Source of the DNA: Felis catus
Taxonomy: Eukaryota
NCBI RefSeq assembly: GCF_018350175.1
Contig: NC_058368.1
Location: 235,540,001 to 235,604,000 of the forward strand
Length of the DNA stretch: 64,000 bases
Direction of reading: 5' to 3'
Shown: piece by piece, positions 1-14,250 of the stretch
Layout: each line of letters begins with the position of its first letter
Numbering within the stretch: the first letter of the stretch is position 1
Position numbers and translations under genes: made by a program
Notes under the pieces: model-generated
Database searches by the model: none
Seen by the model: the letters and a program-made list of their open reading frames with translations, nothing else
Told to the model about the DNA's origin: nothing

Positions 1-314
1 ACACAGCCCGAACAGAGAGGAGGGGGCGTTTTTCTCCGGGGGTCTGACATCAATCTCGATTATCTTTGGATCCGGGGGCCACATGTCCTCAAGTTGCTCA
101 TAATGCATCTCATCTTTTCCGGGAGGGCAATTTGTTCTTCATCAGATTTCTCCAGCTTATCACGGGGCAGAGGGAAACGGAATCGCACAACCAGATGGAC
201 AACGTGAGAATCTCCGACGGCAGACACCTTTTATGTATGCTTCTTGCCATGAACGATCAACAGATGGCAATGGGCACTAGGCAAGGCAAACACAATCAAC
301 CTCAAAGACTAGAA

Positions 315-409
315 TTTTCTTTCTTTTCCTCCCTCCATTCTTCCTTCCTTTCCTTCCCCCCCTTCCTCTCGTCAGTCCCTCCCTCCTTCCCTCCCTTCTT
401 TCCTTCCCC
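315..409. repeat. Pyrimidine-rich (CCTT/CCCT) low-complexity tract
   Basis: Almost purely C/T sequence (ttttctttcttttcctccctcc...). Confidence 0.8.
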
Positions 410-1869
410 GGGGCCAGGGACCACCTGCACCACAGCTCACAGCCTCCGGAGGTTTGCCATGGAACACAGCAGCAATTTCTACCAGTAATGCTCTACACTC
501 ACGCTAATTTCTGACTCGATTCCCAAGTCAAGGAGGAAATTAACTCTGCCTAAGTTCACTAGCAGATGGCTAAAGACCAACTAATGATTTTTTCCTACAC
601 AAACACGGTATTCCCTTCCCTACGTGCATAGTTAAAATTTTTGCGTTTGGAGGAAGGGAAAACAGTGTTTGCACGTAGCAACTAAACTTTACTTACAAAT
701 TTCAACAAGCAAAAAAAACCCCCACCCCGCATATTCTCAACATACTGACCAAGAGCAGACCCACCCATGCATCCCTACACTTTCCTTTGTGTGGTCACCC
801 ACCTTGACCTGGATCATTTTGGCCTCAGTCTCCATGGCCCAGTCCCAGATCCCACTGCCTTGGAGTCTATGCATGCATACCTTCAATTAATATCCACACA
901 CGAAACACAAGAGGTGGTACCAATTAACCGTGGTAAGACATTAATCCCACATACAAGGAGGTCAGAAGCCTTCTGAGAGCAAACCGAGAAAGAGAGATTA
1001 AATCAGATGATAGGAAAGTGTTCAGAGCAGTGGCCGGCTCATTGTGCATGTTCAATAGATGACTTGTCTATCACTATTAAGGCAATCATAGTGCAAAAGG
1101 ATATTTTGAAGTGAAGAAAAACGAATAAAAGCATAATTAACACTCCAAGACAGGAGGGACTTAGCAATTCTGGAACTCCATAGAACCTTTTTCTGATGGA
1201 TCACAAATGATTTCTATACACTAGTTCAGTGTTCCCTGGTATCTCCCGGAGGCTACATCAGGGAGGCAATCTTATCCCTACCCTACGGACAGGAAATTAG
1301 GACATGTCGGCCAAACGGACCGGCCCAAGCAAGAGACTGAAAATTCAAAAAGGTTCACAGGTTCAGGAATTTTTATAGTTTGTGTAAATGTATGAGCACA
1401 TGGCCTGAGGACAAGGTTCCCGCCTGGCCAAGAAAAACGAAGCTCACGGACTGGGAGCCTGGAAGAAGGTTCAGGAACACACATACCACTACTGGGATGT
1501 AAAAGTCGGTTCCAATTAGCTTCACCTTTGAAGAGCTGCAACTCCCCATGCTGATTGTACCCTGGTCCTTCTGGTTAGGCTCACGCTGGAGCACGTCTGA
1601 TTTCTACCCTCGGCCCCAGCAGGTCTCACAGCTAAGCGCACGGCCAATGGGGCAGGTGTGAGAAAACCCCACGTTGTGGACGTAAGAAGGAAAAGTGCTG
1701 TCACTGTAGGCACAATCCCCCATAGCATCCACACGAACAAAATGTGTTTGACTCATTTGAATGTGCTGGACAAAAGTCAGGTGACCTACATGTGATAAGC
1801 AAAACGATAAGGCTTGTAGATCACATGGAAGAATATATTCAGGACTTTGGGGTAAGCAGAGTTTTTTTT

Positions 1870-2730
1870 TTTTTCCCAACAATATACAAAAAAGCGTTAA
1901 CCCTAAAGGAAAAATAGGGATTAATCTGGTCTCCGTGACACAAAGAAAAACTTCTTTTCACCAAAAGACACCATTAACAGTGTAAATACTGAGTCACAGA
2001 GTGAAAGATGATATTTGCAGTACATGTTCTCCATAATGGACAAAGTGTTCCTACTCAGAATATATAAAGCACTCCCATCAAGAGATACAAGATGAAACAC
2101 TAAAGCCTAATTTTTACAAGTTCACAAGAGATTTGAAGAGGCACTTCATTAAAGATTACTCGAGTGTCCGTTAAACATGAAAAAGGCACTCCAGGATCTC
2201 TTTCATTAGCACGTTGGAATGCCGCTACCCCCATCGACGGAGCTAAAATGGAAAAGACCGACCAGACCAAGCGACGGCCAGGATTTAGAGCCATGTGAAC
2301 GCTCGTAATGGCTCTAGACGTGTGACTTGGTGCAACCACTTAGGGAAGCTGTCTGGCAGTGTCTATGGACACTCCAGACTGTGTATTTATGACCCTGAAG
2401 TTCCAGTCCTACGTAAAATCAGGGATGTATAGGCAAACACACAGACGATGCAGAGTAGCATTTCTTCTAATAGCCCCAAGTCCGAATCTCAAATGTCTAT
2501 CGCCAACAGAATGGATTCGTAAGCTGTGGCATACTCATGCAATTAAAAATAAGTAAACAATGCTATATTTTTATGGTAGCAACAAGGATGAGCCTCATAA
2601 TCATGATATCTAGCCAATCGCAACAGACGCCGAGTAGCACATAGCTCATGATTCCATTCATAGGGAGTTCAGAAATGGGCAAAACCAGTCTATGGTGTCC
2701 TGCATCGGGAGAATGACCATCTCTGGGGAA
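1870..2730 (+). mobile_element. Ancient L1 (L1M/L1ME-like) 3' fragment
   Basis: Decayed L1 3'-end phrases: cttttcaccaaaagacaccatt, caaatgtctatcgccaacagaatgg, atgattccattcatagggagttcagaaatgggcaaaacc. Boundaries are approximate. Confidence 0.65.
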
Positions 2731-2769
2731 GGGCTATCTCTGGGGTAGTCACTGTGTCTTGTGCCTTTT

Positions 2770-3245
2770 TATAAAGGTTAGTTACCACATCCATCACCCC
2801 ACGTATTTAGAGTTGTGAGCATGTGTCGTGAGGACTTTTAAGGTCTACTCTCCTAGCAGCTGTGAAACATAGAGTACATCAATCTCTAGTCATCATGCCG
2901 CGCACAAGAGCCCCCAGAGCCCACGCATCTTACTGCAAAGTTGTACCTGTGATCACCTTCACCAATGTCCCCAAACCCCCACCGTGGCGGTCACCTCTCC
3001 ACTCTCTGTTGCTATGAGTTTGTTTTTTTTGATTCCACAGATGAATGAGATCACACAGTATTCGTCTTTCTCTGACTTCCCTCACTTAGCATAATGCCCT
3101 CAAGGTCCAACCACGTTGTCAAAAATGGCAGGATTTTCATCTTTCTCATGGCTGAATAACATTCCATCATACATACATCTCATCTTTAGCTATTCATCTG
3201 TAGACAGACGACAGACAGGTTGTTTCCCGTCTTGGCTATTATATT
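2770..3245 (-). mobile_element. L1 3' UTR fragment (L1MA-like), antisense, apparently nested in the older L1
   Basis: gattccacagatgaatgagatcacacagtattcgtctttctctgacttccctcacttagcataatgccctcaaggtcc is the reverse complement of an L1 3' end. The older L1 seems to resume at about 3246-3370. Confidence 0.75.
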
Positions 3246-5138
3246 GAGCTCTGTACATTGATCTGAGAAGAAGGTACAGCGCCACGTTCACTGTGTGAAA
3301 TTTCACTGAGCGGAACCCTCATAATGTTGTGCTTTTCTATATATCTGTTTAACCACGACAAAAATAATGTTAGTAAAAAAACAAGGCAAGGTCAGAGATA
3401 CCACAGTGGTATTTCAAAGTCCGTTTCCCACTCTGATTGACGAGCCATAAAAGGTGAACGAGCTTGAGAGATCTCATGGTCGTCTCTCTTCCTTGTCCAA
3501 GTCGGGAACAGGGGCCCTTGGAACAGATTCTATTACTTGCCAAGGTCAAGACCTTCCCAGACACGACTGGTAAAGCCGCGATCAGCATTTGAGCTCTGAT
3601 CCCCTCTGCTGCTCTTTCTGTCACAGGGCAGTGCCTGCTCTCCCGTCTTCCTGCAGAAACTGAGGACAGCTGTGGCTTGGTTTTTCTTAAGACAAACGTT
3701 ATACAGCAGAGCAAGATGTGAACTGAAGTGCATCCTTTCCATCACACCCAAAAGTATGCTTAATGGGCTCTCAGGTCAAATCAAACCTTCTCATTGACAG
3801 AGGGGGTATGGGGTATGGAAGGGGATCCATGTATCCTTTAAACTCCTGGTTCCCAGTGACGGCCCCCTTTCCCATGGACTGACTGGGATTCATAGGGTCA
3901 GAGGGGAGGTACATTCACAGGTCTGCAGTAAAGGATTCACATTTTTAAAAAGCACATGGAAGATGAGTCCCCGTTGTCATTAAGCTAAATTAATGAGCTA
4001 AAATGTCCCTAATCCTAGGTCTCCCAGACGCAGACATGAGTACATGGGATGAGGTCTGTGTCCGTTCACAGGAAATGACGCATGACTTCACTGACTAGGT
4101 CGATGAATTTACTCCAAACACGTATCTGTCCTTCTTGACTACCAACTGTGGAGAAATGCTGCGCTGACAACTTCAGACCAGCCGAGGTCCTTTATTATAT
4201 ATTTTTTCCACATACCAAATGCTAGACTGCTAATAAAGGCAAGTGGATTCATCTTTATAAGTTAGCCACTTGTCCTTACTCATTGCTGGGATCGGATCCA
4301 AACAGCTGCCCAATTGGCAGAGAACAGGATCGTGATTACGTGGAAATCAGGAAGTCAGCAAACATGTCAAAGAAGTCAGTCTCCGATTCCTTAAACCAAT
4401 AAGACACCACTGTTAACACAGTGTAGACGTGTCTGATTCACGACTGGTCACCCCAAGTAAAAGAAAGCTTGGGTGAATCTGACAACGGGAGGCTCTCTTG
4501 GAAAATGTAACTTTTCAAGAAAACAAATGGGTGACGTGTGTAATCTTGCATATCTGTTTATAATCATGTGGCCCAGAGAAATTAGCAGAGTTCTTGCAAA
4601 TAAAGGTTTATTACGGAATTGCCCCACAAGGGTTTTACTGGTGGACACAAAAACAAATGAGCACACTTGAGCAGACATCGAACCGTCCTGGGCTCCCCGA
4701 GCAAACATGTCTTTGAACCAGACTCTTGGCAACCCCTCCGAGGGTCACAGTCTGATTCGAAGATCACAGCCCATATCTAATGTCATCAAAACAATTGTTC
4801 CCTAAGCATATAACAATTTCCCTTCCACGAGATCTCCTATATTGCTTGGCAGCTTAAAAACTTTATCTGGACTCTTTTACGATGCCGATTCTCACTGCAC
4901 ACCCAGACTTCGCATCCGTGGCTTCCCAATATTTGTCCGAGACTGTTTCAAAAAAAATCAAAAATGTTTATCTTCATCATCACCGTTAAAATGAAAAAGC
5001 TATAACATTTTGAAAAATAATCTAGAAAATTACAGGGAAGATTTGTGATACAGAAGACTACAAATTTCCCTTGTTAATACCAATAAGAGCATCGTGAGCT
5101 TAAGTTCATGCCCTTTTTTAGGACGGAAAGCAGAATTC

Positions 5139-5140
<2 letters not shown>

Positions 5141-5183
<43 letters not shown>
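5141..5183. repeat. (CA)n microsatellite
   Basis: About 21 perfect CA units. Confidence 0.95.
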
Positions 5184-6377
5184 ACACGCACCTCAAGCAA
5201 ATCTGAACCGGTGTCAGACAGAGCCACAAACCATGCTAACAATCCCCACCTCGACCCTATGAGGACCCCACACAGGGAACAGCAAATGTCAGAACGACCC
5301 CCATGGGAGAATAATGACCACACTGTTTTCGGTAATAGAAATACAAGAAAAATGATCAAGCGTATCTTCCTGGAATGCAGATTTATAGTACCAGGAGACG
5401 GATCTTCTCCACAAAATTCTCACTCTTTGTGGGGGCCATAAGATACGGAAGGCGGCCATCATTCCGGTAGGCATTAAGTACGTTGACGGATAGGGGGAAG
5501 GACCCCAGGCTGAAGGCTGTTAGTCAGGATGCTGGCTCAGAAGAGTCGTGCAAGGTCATCTGGAGAACTGAATGAACAGACGGCAAGAAAGGGAAACCAG
5601 CCGTGGGCTCACAGCTCCACGTGCGTGTGGGGGGCAGTCTGAGACAAGGGGCAAACTGGGGGTACCAACGGAAAGAAATACCCATGTGACCCCACCCGAT
5701 GGTGTGCTTATATAAACTAGATGATGTCACTTACGTAACGGAAAAATAAAAAGGAAAGAAAAGGGGCTTGATCAAAAAAATAACAAGAAAAAGAGAGAAA
5801 GAGGGAAAAAAAACAACAACAAAGAAAACCTAGAACCCAAGATAAGGAGCTCATCGAAGCTAGCCAGAGCGGCCGGGGGAAACCTGAACGGGGTCTATCG
5901 GGCACAACAGGAACCTCGGACTTTCGCCCTTAATCCCTGGCTCGGAAAAACTAGTTCTCAGTTTTGACTGTAGGAACGGGCATCAGTTACAAACTCTGGC
6001 CGCTAACTTGGTGGTTCTTGGGTGTCACCATTCTGTTTTTCTTCCACCAACTCTGGTCGAGCCGATGTGGGTCCTGCACCCTGCAGCTACGTGTCCCCTG
6101 TTCACCTGCTGGCATCATGGTGTGGCAGAAACGGGAAAGGTAAGAGCATGTGGTCTTGGTGCCTGGGACAGGCCCAGGATGGACCCCCTCTAGCGGGGGT
6201 TCCAGAGGACGGTAGAAAGGGGGAGGTCATCAGGTGACGTGGGGAAGCGCGTGCACAGGTAACCACTTCCTATCCACGTCTTCGTCATGTGTGTCTATTA
6301 ACATTTATAAGCACTCACTGTATGCCATATAATCAGTTAGGAGTATGTAATATATTTTACATAGCATACACATATAC

Positions 6378-6380
<3 letters not shown>

Positions 6381-6409
<29 letters not shown>
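6381..6409. repeat. (TG)n microsatellite
   Basis: About 14 perfect units. Confidence 0.95.
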
Positions 6410-6411
<2 letters not shown>

Positions 6412-7076
6412 ATATATATACACACAGTGTCATCTTTTTAAAAGAATTCTGCGCTGGCAAAAGCTTTGCTTTCCTTGAAATATCACCATTTGCCCTATTT
6501 TCTGTTAATAGGAAATAGATTTGATCTCCTTTTTTGCTTTGGTTTCTAGAAAGACCAAATTTGCCCAATCTCAAGCTTCAATAGCGCAGCCTAAGCATGC
6601 ATTTTAAGACTGACATATTTGTGTGTTTTCGCGTTGCCTCTTCATTTTTTATTTCCATCTGCTTTTCCTCTTCAGCCGACTGTCAATTCTAATTATTTTT
6701 TGTTTGTTTTCTTGTCATGACCTGCTCCCAAGTCTTACAGGAAGGTGGTTTTGGCGGCTACCTTCTGCCAAGAATATACCTTCCATGCTGAATCTCAGAA
6801 ATGTGAACGCATCTAATTGAGAACTAAACACGGCAGCCCATCTCCTGCCAGCACGGATGCATTTTGGGAATCAAGAAGCACACGCTTCGTATCTCCTCGA
6901 CGAGGATCAGTGGGTTGTGGAGGGCCGGTGTGCTTGTCAGAGAGCGGGCGCGAGCCTTCCATGTGTCTGGAAAAACAGAATATGTTTCTGTGTGATGAAC
7001 ACGCGTGCCCTCTCTGCTGAGCCGAGGCAATGCTTCCCAGAACCAGGGAAATAACGTTCTTGAAATGACAAAGGTC

Positions 7077-7290
7077 AGGGCGCCTGGGCGGCTCAGTCGG
7101 TTGAGCGTCCGACTTCGGCTCAGGTCATGATCTCACAGCCCGTGAGTTTGAGCCCCACGTCAGGCTCTGTGCTGACAGCTCGGAGCCTGGAGCCTGCTTC
7201 GGATTCTGTGTCCCCCTCTCTCGCTGCCCCTTCTCTGCTCCCACTCTCTCTCTCCCTCTCAAAAATAAATAAACATTAAAAACTTAAAAA
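7077..7290 (+). mobile_element. Can-SINE
   Basis: tRNA-derived head gggcgcctgggcggctcagtcgg, (CT)n and A-tail; degenerate TSD gaaatga..aaggt. Confidence 0.95.
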
Positions 7291-7518
7291 GAAATGATGA
7301 AGGTGGAAAGTGGGGTAACTTTTAGGAGGGACAAAAACATCCGACTACAGTCTGTTCCAGGGGCCACCGCCGGGTCCCAGGAGAGTGTGTTCACAAGGGA
7401 AGACAAGGGACACTGGGGGTTCAGATGGACACGGCACCTCCACTCTCCAGCCCGCGTGCCAGCAGCCTGTGCTGGTGGTCAGAGATGAGTTGTCTTCACT
7501 GAGTTAAGAGCTACTTTC

Positions 7519-7585
7519 TTTTTTTTTCACGTTTATTTATTTTTGAGAGAGAAAGAGAGTGCGAAGGGAGGGGCAAAGGGAGAGG

Positions 7586-7632
<47 letters not shown>

Positions 7633-7757
7633 CTAAGCAGGCTCCGTGTTGTCAGTGCAGAGTCCAACCTAGGGCTTGAACTCATGAACCGTGGGATCAT
7701 GACCCGAGCCGAGATCAAGAGTTGGACACTTAACCCACGGAGCCACCCAGGCGCCCC
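7519..7757 (-). mobile_element. Can-SINE with expanded (GA)n
   Basis: Reverse-complement SINE ending ...cccaggcgcccc; TSD agctactttc. Confidence 0.95.
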
Positions 7758-8580
7758 AGAAGCTACTTTCCAAACAAAGGCTCTCCCTCATCTTTTTAGT
7801 ATTTGAACCAACTAATTTTGTGGAGATAAAAACAAAAGGAGAGAAGCCATGATTTCAATAGAATTGCTTCTCCTTGGCTATTTGCTTCCAGGCTTCTTGG
7901 GATCAGTAGAGCGAGGCCAGGGCCAGGGGCCAAAATGCCTAGACTCCATTCCCGACTCTGTTTCCCCACATTACTTCCCCTGTGGCAGGAGCCGGGGCCG
8001 CTGCTGAGCTCAGCTGGCCCTCTCTTTCACCGTCATGCCCTTTTCCTTCAGAGCACGTGGGGAGACGACATTCCTTACCCACCCCGTGCGATCCGGGCCA
8101 TCAGCTGCGCTCTCGCTGCCAGGAATGCGGCCCTGTCCTGCTCCGGTCACCACCAGCTGCGGTGACAACTAGGCCCCACAAGAAGGGGAGACCACAGGGC
8201 GGGAGGACCCGTTCTCTGCATGACCACACACAGCACACTTGCTGATCTGCGCACGACCTTCTGAGTCAGAAGTACGCTCAGGGTTAACAGGTAAAACCAA
8301 ACTCCAAACTCAAAGTCTTGAGATCTGGGGGGAGATCCAGCCTTACTAGCCAACTAAGGCTGCTTCTTAAAGTCCCTTCTTTCTCTAAAACACTTAAAAT
8401 CTACTATCTCTTTTTCAGGGGGTCAAACCCTGCTTCCCCAATGTTCTAGACCCTAGATGAATTAGCACTATAGTAAAACTTTCCAAAAATAATTATTAAA
8501 ATTACAGGAATTTAGAGCCAAGCTAAGGTATATATACTCAAGTTTCCCCTCCTAATAAGAAATGTAGTTTGTGGAAAAAG

Positions 8581-8582
<2 letters not shown>

Positions 8583-8624
<42 letters not shown>
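8583..8624. repeat. (CA)n microsatellite
   Basis: About 21 units, 350 bp from the exon 9 donor. Confidence 0.95.
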
Positions 8625-8626
<2 letters not shown>

Positions 8627-8974
8627 ACGTGCGCACGCAAGTTGCGTGTACTTTATAATCGTGCGCACAGGTCTTTCTGTTCACGAATACAAAATGGTTA
8701 GTTACAGAAGTGAGAAGTTAAAAAAAACAAACGTTGGTGACAAATACTTTGATTTGGTAAGCACCCTGGGTTTCCTTGAGCCTCAAGGTCAAATGACGTC
8801 GGGTTAAGCCTGCCAGACTCGGTGCTCTAAGGAAGTGTCTGGCAAACTTCTTGGCCAAGTGGCATCTTCAAATGGGAACCGCCACCCCTGGGCTGCTTGG
8901 ACAGAATGAGGCTGACCCGGCAGGGCTCGCCAAAGGCCACACAGAGACACACGACCAGCTCTCGGAGTTCCTAC

Positions 8975-9112
8975 CTTAAAAATCTGTGCAGATACTGGCG
9001 GCTGCAGGGTGACCAGGAGAAGACCCCGTTGCGTCCTGCCAGCGTAGGGGACATGATGTTCCCCTCCGACTTTTTGCACATGTTGCCTTCTCCGTCATGG
9101 ACCATGCCAAAG
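8975..9112 (-). CDS. ADAMTS16: ADAMTS16 coding exon (probably exon 9; 138 nt), third zinc histidine and Met-turn
   Basis: Translates (N)FGMVHDGEGNMCKKSEGNIMSPTLAGRNGVFSWSPCSRQYLHRFL(S), completing HExxHxxGxxH. Acceptor ttctgtctctcgcAG, donor GTAGGA. This frame is not shown in the ORF track. Confidence 0.97.
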
Positions 9113-12100
9113 CTGCGAGAGACAGAAATGGTTCCTTCAAAACACAGAACAGTGCCGATGATCCACTATATTCTACAAAAACACACGTCAACACCGTGGA
9201 CGCCTCCACTTCTGCATGCCGGTCGGGCCGAAATGAACTGTCTGTGCAGCCAAGCTGTGGAGACTACCCACGTATTCACAGACCTTTCCTGAAGGACTGC
9301 CATTCGGTGAGTTGTTCTGAAAGTGCACACCAAGCACCAAAACGGATGTGCCTGCTAAAGGCAGAGGTCTTAATTACGAGGAAGCATTTCAAGGAGGGTA
9401 TGGAGGGCAGGTCACTCGATCTTGATAAAGCTGATAACCGTCCTGGACTGCTTTCTTCTCTCCGCATTCTTTTCTGCTCACCAGGGATTTTGAGAACTCC
9501 CAGATGTTTGCGGGAAATACAAACGGAGGCTCCCCAGGTGAGTTGGGTGCTTCCCACAGTTAGAGAACTGACCGCCTGGTGCAGCTGCCCGTGGTGCTGA
9601 CATTTCGTCCTTGCTCCCATCCGGGGCTGCTCCGCCTCAGGCCACTGCTGGGGGCTGTCACGGCTGGACGGTGCTCGACCGCACTCCCTACATCCCTTTG
9701 GAGGAAGGAGGGCCGTGGAACCCCAGTGGGTGGCTCTGGCTGCCTTTACCTGTGGGAATTGTTTGAATGTACCCGTTCCTCCTGACCAAAAACCAGATCA
9801 CTCTGGGGCTCCAGTCCTAACTTAATACAGGGGGACTTGTCAAGCTACCTTGGCTCTTGGAACACTTAATAGGCTCCTTTATGGATGCGCTGATTGCACA
9901 ATGCCAACTGGCATCCCATGACTGTCACTTGTGCAAACGCTAGCCCTGTGCCTCTAAGCATCCCATTAACCGAAGCAATCTCTCTCCACCAGGTCAGCTT
10001 CTTCTTCTTAACCTCCGAGAGCTTTGGCTCTTTGGAAGAGTCTCACATTACCGTCTTCACCTACCGCAGGACAGCATGACTAATCGTGTTGGGAAGAAAG
10101 CCTGGGCGACTTGGAGCTCCATATGACCCCGAAGGCTTCCCATTAGGGCAAACATATTCTTAGAGAATCAAGCCACTGCTGGCTATTAATGTCTGGGACC
10201 TGCCAAATCATTGTACGGATTCTTAGATAATGGGGTTCCGCATGAATGGGGTACAGGGCAAAGGGGAAAAGAAGGGGACAAAGCAAAGGAGGGTGAGATG
10301 GATGCTGAATCTGGGGACATTCTGCCACCAAGGATCCCACGATGAGAGGAGGCAGGGCAGCAGGGACAGAAGACCCAGAACCCTGGGGAAGCGGGCTCCC
10401 ACAGTGGGCCGGGGAATCTGCCCTTGTTGCTGAGGCTGAAGACCCATCTTCCCCCTTAACTGGTTTGCTGATAGAGATTTAATATTAACAGTAAAAAGAA
10501 CAACTGATATTTGTAAGCACTCACTATTTTTCAAACAGGGTATTAAACGCGTTCTCTGTATTTTCTAACTTAGACCTCGCCGAAAGCCTGCAAGGTGGGT
10601 ACGGCGTCGTGGCAGCCAGACTGAGGACTGGAGAGAGCCATGCCCACGGTCTCAGGGTCAGGACTAGGACGTGACATTCCTGACCTCAGAGCCCAGGCGG
10701 GACCCATGCAAGAGTGTAACGCGAGCATGATTGAAGGGCGTAGCCAAGGAAATCTGGCGTGCAAACATTGTTGAATTTCTGCAAAATTCCTGCTCAGTAC
10801 CAAGGGTGATGCAGATGGGAGTCATTTCAGCCTCCACCCATCCTCTCAAGTTCTATTAAAAGCAATCAATCAAGGCCAGGGTAACCATATAGCAGAGGAA
10901 ATGTGTTATGGCTACGAAAAGGATTCAGACTGTAATCACATAGGGGGGGCTGCCTTGGGGAGAACGTGATGAAAACGAACCATCGAAGTGCCCTCCCCTC
11001 GCCGGCCCTTGACCCGACTATGAAGCAGACACATGTGTCGTGGTCCAGTAGGTACCCCAGATAAATCTGCTTTCCCTCTGCCTACATTGCTAAGGAAATA
11101 AAAGCCACAACATCCCTGGTCTGGGGACATGTGCGTCTTCAACTTTTTCATCTAAGGTATTTTCAATGACTCTTTCTAGAATGGATTCTCAAACCCCACT
11201 GCGAGCCCCACTATGGGAGGGTTATTTTTCCAAGTAGTGCAGTGCCCATATCTTGTACTGTGATGGATGCCAGCACGTTAGCATGAAAGTACCACACGGT
11301 GATCGCATTTGATATGAACATTAATGAAGTCATGGAAGGATGCACAGAACGCATTTTGAAGATAAGATTGGTATTTGGCAACCAAGAAATATAATTACTA
11401 TTAAGTTATACATACCAGACATTTTTCTTTTTGCTACTGTGAACCACAGTATCTTATTCAAAGTTTTTCTCACCCCATACATTAAAACTATTAACATATT
11501 TTTTCTTTCTTACGGACTAGCTTCTAAGTTTCTTAAGGACATCCACTCTTCTTATCCATGCTTAGCCCCAGGCCAATGCACTCACTAGCTGATGACAGGT
11601 TCTCCACTGATGTCTGTTGAATGAACAAAGACCAACCTTCCAGCCCAAACACCAACCCAAATACCCAGATGTAAACCTACTTTCGGATTAAAACGGACTT
11701 GAGACTTATATTCCGGCGGGAGATGCTTTTAATGCCTCCTACGGTATGTTCTGAGTGATTCAATTACATCAGCAAGCACACAGTTCCTCATTAGTGATGC
11801 TACACCCAGGATGATGAAAAGCCCAATATTGTGAGAGGTTTTGCTCATTATTTCGGGCTGTTCAGACAGCAGTAGCTAAGGCAACAAGAAACCCTCGAAG
11901 TAGCCACGGGCCAATGTCATCTGGATGGTTCGATCACACCCTTGGTGCAATATGCCACAGGTGGACCTCAGGGTCTCGAGCTCTGATGTGGACTTTTCAA
12001 GAAGCACAACCCAAGACGGGAAGAGTTGGCATGGATGGGGCATCAGGTGGGTCTCAGGGGCCAGGGCGCATCAAACAACGAGAAGAGTGTGGGCTGTGGA

Positions 12101-12348
12101 GGCGGAGGCCTCCATCGGGGTCGTGCCCTGACATTCACAAGCGTTGGGATTTCAAAAAACCACTTAAGTCACCAAGCCTCAGTTTCCTCACCCATATAAG
12201 GGGGGTAATAAAACCTGGCTCTTAAATTGCGCAGAAGATCTGGTACCACACATACCACAAGGAAAACTCGTAACTTCGACCCACTTCCCGGATTCAAATG
12301 TTGGTCTTGGTAAAATTGCTCAATAGCGAGATGTTACTTGTATACATA

Positions 12349-12352
<4 letters not shown>

Positions 12353-12383
<31 letters not shown>

Positions 12384-12393
12384 TGTGTGCGTG
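12353..12393. repeat. (TG)n/(CG) compound microsatellite
   Basis: Directly visible in the sequence. Confidence 0.9.
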
Positions 12394-12992
12394 TTCAACC
12401 AAAGGTCAATAGGTTTCAAACGCCCTTTGGATACAGAAACAAAAAAAGTCTCAGGAAGAACAAAAGATAAAATTGGTGAGAAATGACCCTCTGGCCTTCC
12501 TGGGCTCCCTGGGGGACAGTCTGACAATCACTGGGTCAGATGAGATCTTAAAGGAGCTGTTGCCTTGATGTTCTACAAACCCTCAGAATCTTCGGGGCCT
12601 CCCTGACCCAGCGGTAGGGGCTCAGGTTGATGACAGCACCCGGCCACAACTCGGGGCGGTTTCAACCTCACCATCAAATGCTCAAAAGGGCATCTAACCT
12701 CACCAGCCTAGCCTGCTGGAACGGATTGCGGTAGCGAGCCGATTCTGCCTCTTTCGACTCCCCCGGTCTTCCCTGACTTGGTCTCTTGCCACGCCTACAC
12801 CCCATGTGGCCCGACCCTTGCACGCCTTGTCTATTTTGCCTTTCTGTTAAGACTCTTGGAGGCAGTGGATTACCAGTCTTTCCGTGGAATCCTACACAAG
12901 GCTCTGCTGGCAGAGTGGACGTTGTGACCAGTGAAAGTCAGTACATGCGGGAGAAGACGGGCGACAGAACGATAGCTCGTGAACACTTCTTC

Positions 12993-13052
12993 TTTTTTTA
13001 ATTTTTCAACATTTAGTTTTGAGAAAGACAGAGACAGCATGAGTGGGAGAGG

Positions 13053-13104
<52 letters not shown>

Positions 13105-13217
13105 CCCAAGCAGGCTCCGCGCCCGATGCAGGGCTCAAACTCACGAAACCAGGAGATCATGACCTGAGCCAAAACCAAGAGTCAGAGGCTTAACCGACTG
13201 AGCCACCCAGGTGCCCC
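12993..13217 (-). mobile_element. Can-SINE with expanded (GA)n
   Basis: Reverse-complement SINE ending ccacccaggtgcccc. Confidence 0.95.
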
Positions 13218-14053
13218 TCACAAATATTCGTAAGCACAGCAAATATGTTTGAGGACCGTCTCCATGGTCTGAAATGATAATGCAAGTTAAGCATTTAAGC
13301 CTGTGTTGTAGGCTAGGGATGCTCAGATCATGTAATACACCTTCAGCTGCACCTGCACACGCGTGCCAAGGATCTCACAGACTCTCTCGGTTTTGCAGAT
13401 GGAAACCTAGGTAAGAGAAGACCGTGCGATGGACGCTGGTCACTGCCAGGAGGTGGGAGAAGCCCAGTGGATCCGGAATCCCAGGCCCAGTGTCTTCCTC
13501 CTCAAATGGCACGACTTCCTTTGTACGTGAGGATTTTCCAAATGGATCCATGCCATTCAGGCGACATATTCTCCAAACCATGTAGCTCAGCACTCTACGT
13601 GTCTGTGCCAGTTCTCGACACCTGCATCTAGCAAACCACACGTCCTATGCCAAGTGATGGAGTCCAACCAGGAAACTCACTCTACGCCACGGATTAGGAG
13701 CAAACCCGACTCAATCGCACGTCCTAAAGGAGAACACACACCCTCGCTTCCGGTTGCTGTGTCCGTCTCTCCCTTTCCAACACAAATCCAAACACAGGTT
13801 CTTGGCCATTTCTGTGTATAGAACAGATCCCTCGATATAATCCAGAACATGTCCTGAGAAGAAAATAACTGAACTTAGTAGGAAAAATGGGCTGGACAGT
13901 GACTGAGATCTTTCTTGGAGTTAGAGGTTAGACCATCTGGCCGAAAGGCATGGAAAACAGCACTCCTCCAACCTCAGCGATGTCCTCTGAGTATAAACAA
14001 ACCTGAAGAAGTAAAAACAGGATGTTTTAAAAAGTCCTAAAAAAAGTGGGGGA

Positions 14054-14250
14054 GGGCCCGGGTGGCTCATTCGGCTCAGGTCATGATCTTACGGTCTATG
14101 GGTTTGAGCCCCATGTCTGGCTCTGTAATGACAGCTCAGAGCCTGGAGCCTACTTCAGGTTCTGTGTCTCCCTCTCTCTCTGCCTATCCCCTGCTTGCAC
14201 TCTCTCTCTCTCTCTCCCTCTCTCTCAAAAATAAATAAACATTTTTAAAA
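14054..14250 (+). mobile_element. Can-SINE with a small deletion in the head
   Basis: gggtggctca joins directly to ttcggctcagg; ttttaaaaagtcctaa is duplicated on both sides. Confidence 0.9.

Noticed and set aside
1..8974. Next ADAMTS16 exon (…CLADQPKP…YDANTQCKWQFG…)
   Set aside because: I looked on the minus strand and did not find it. It probably lies just left of the window, so its absence is not evidence of exon loss.
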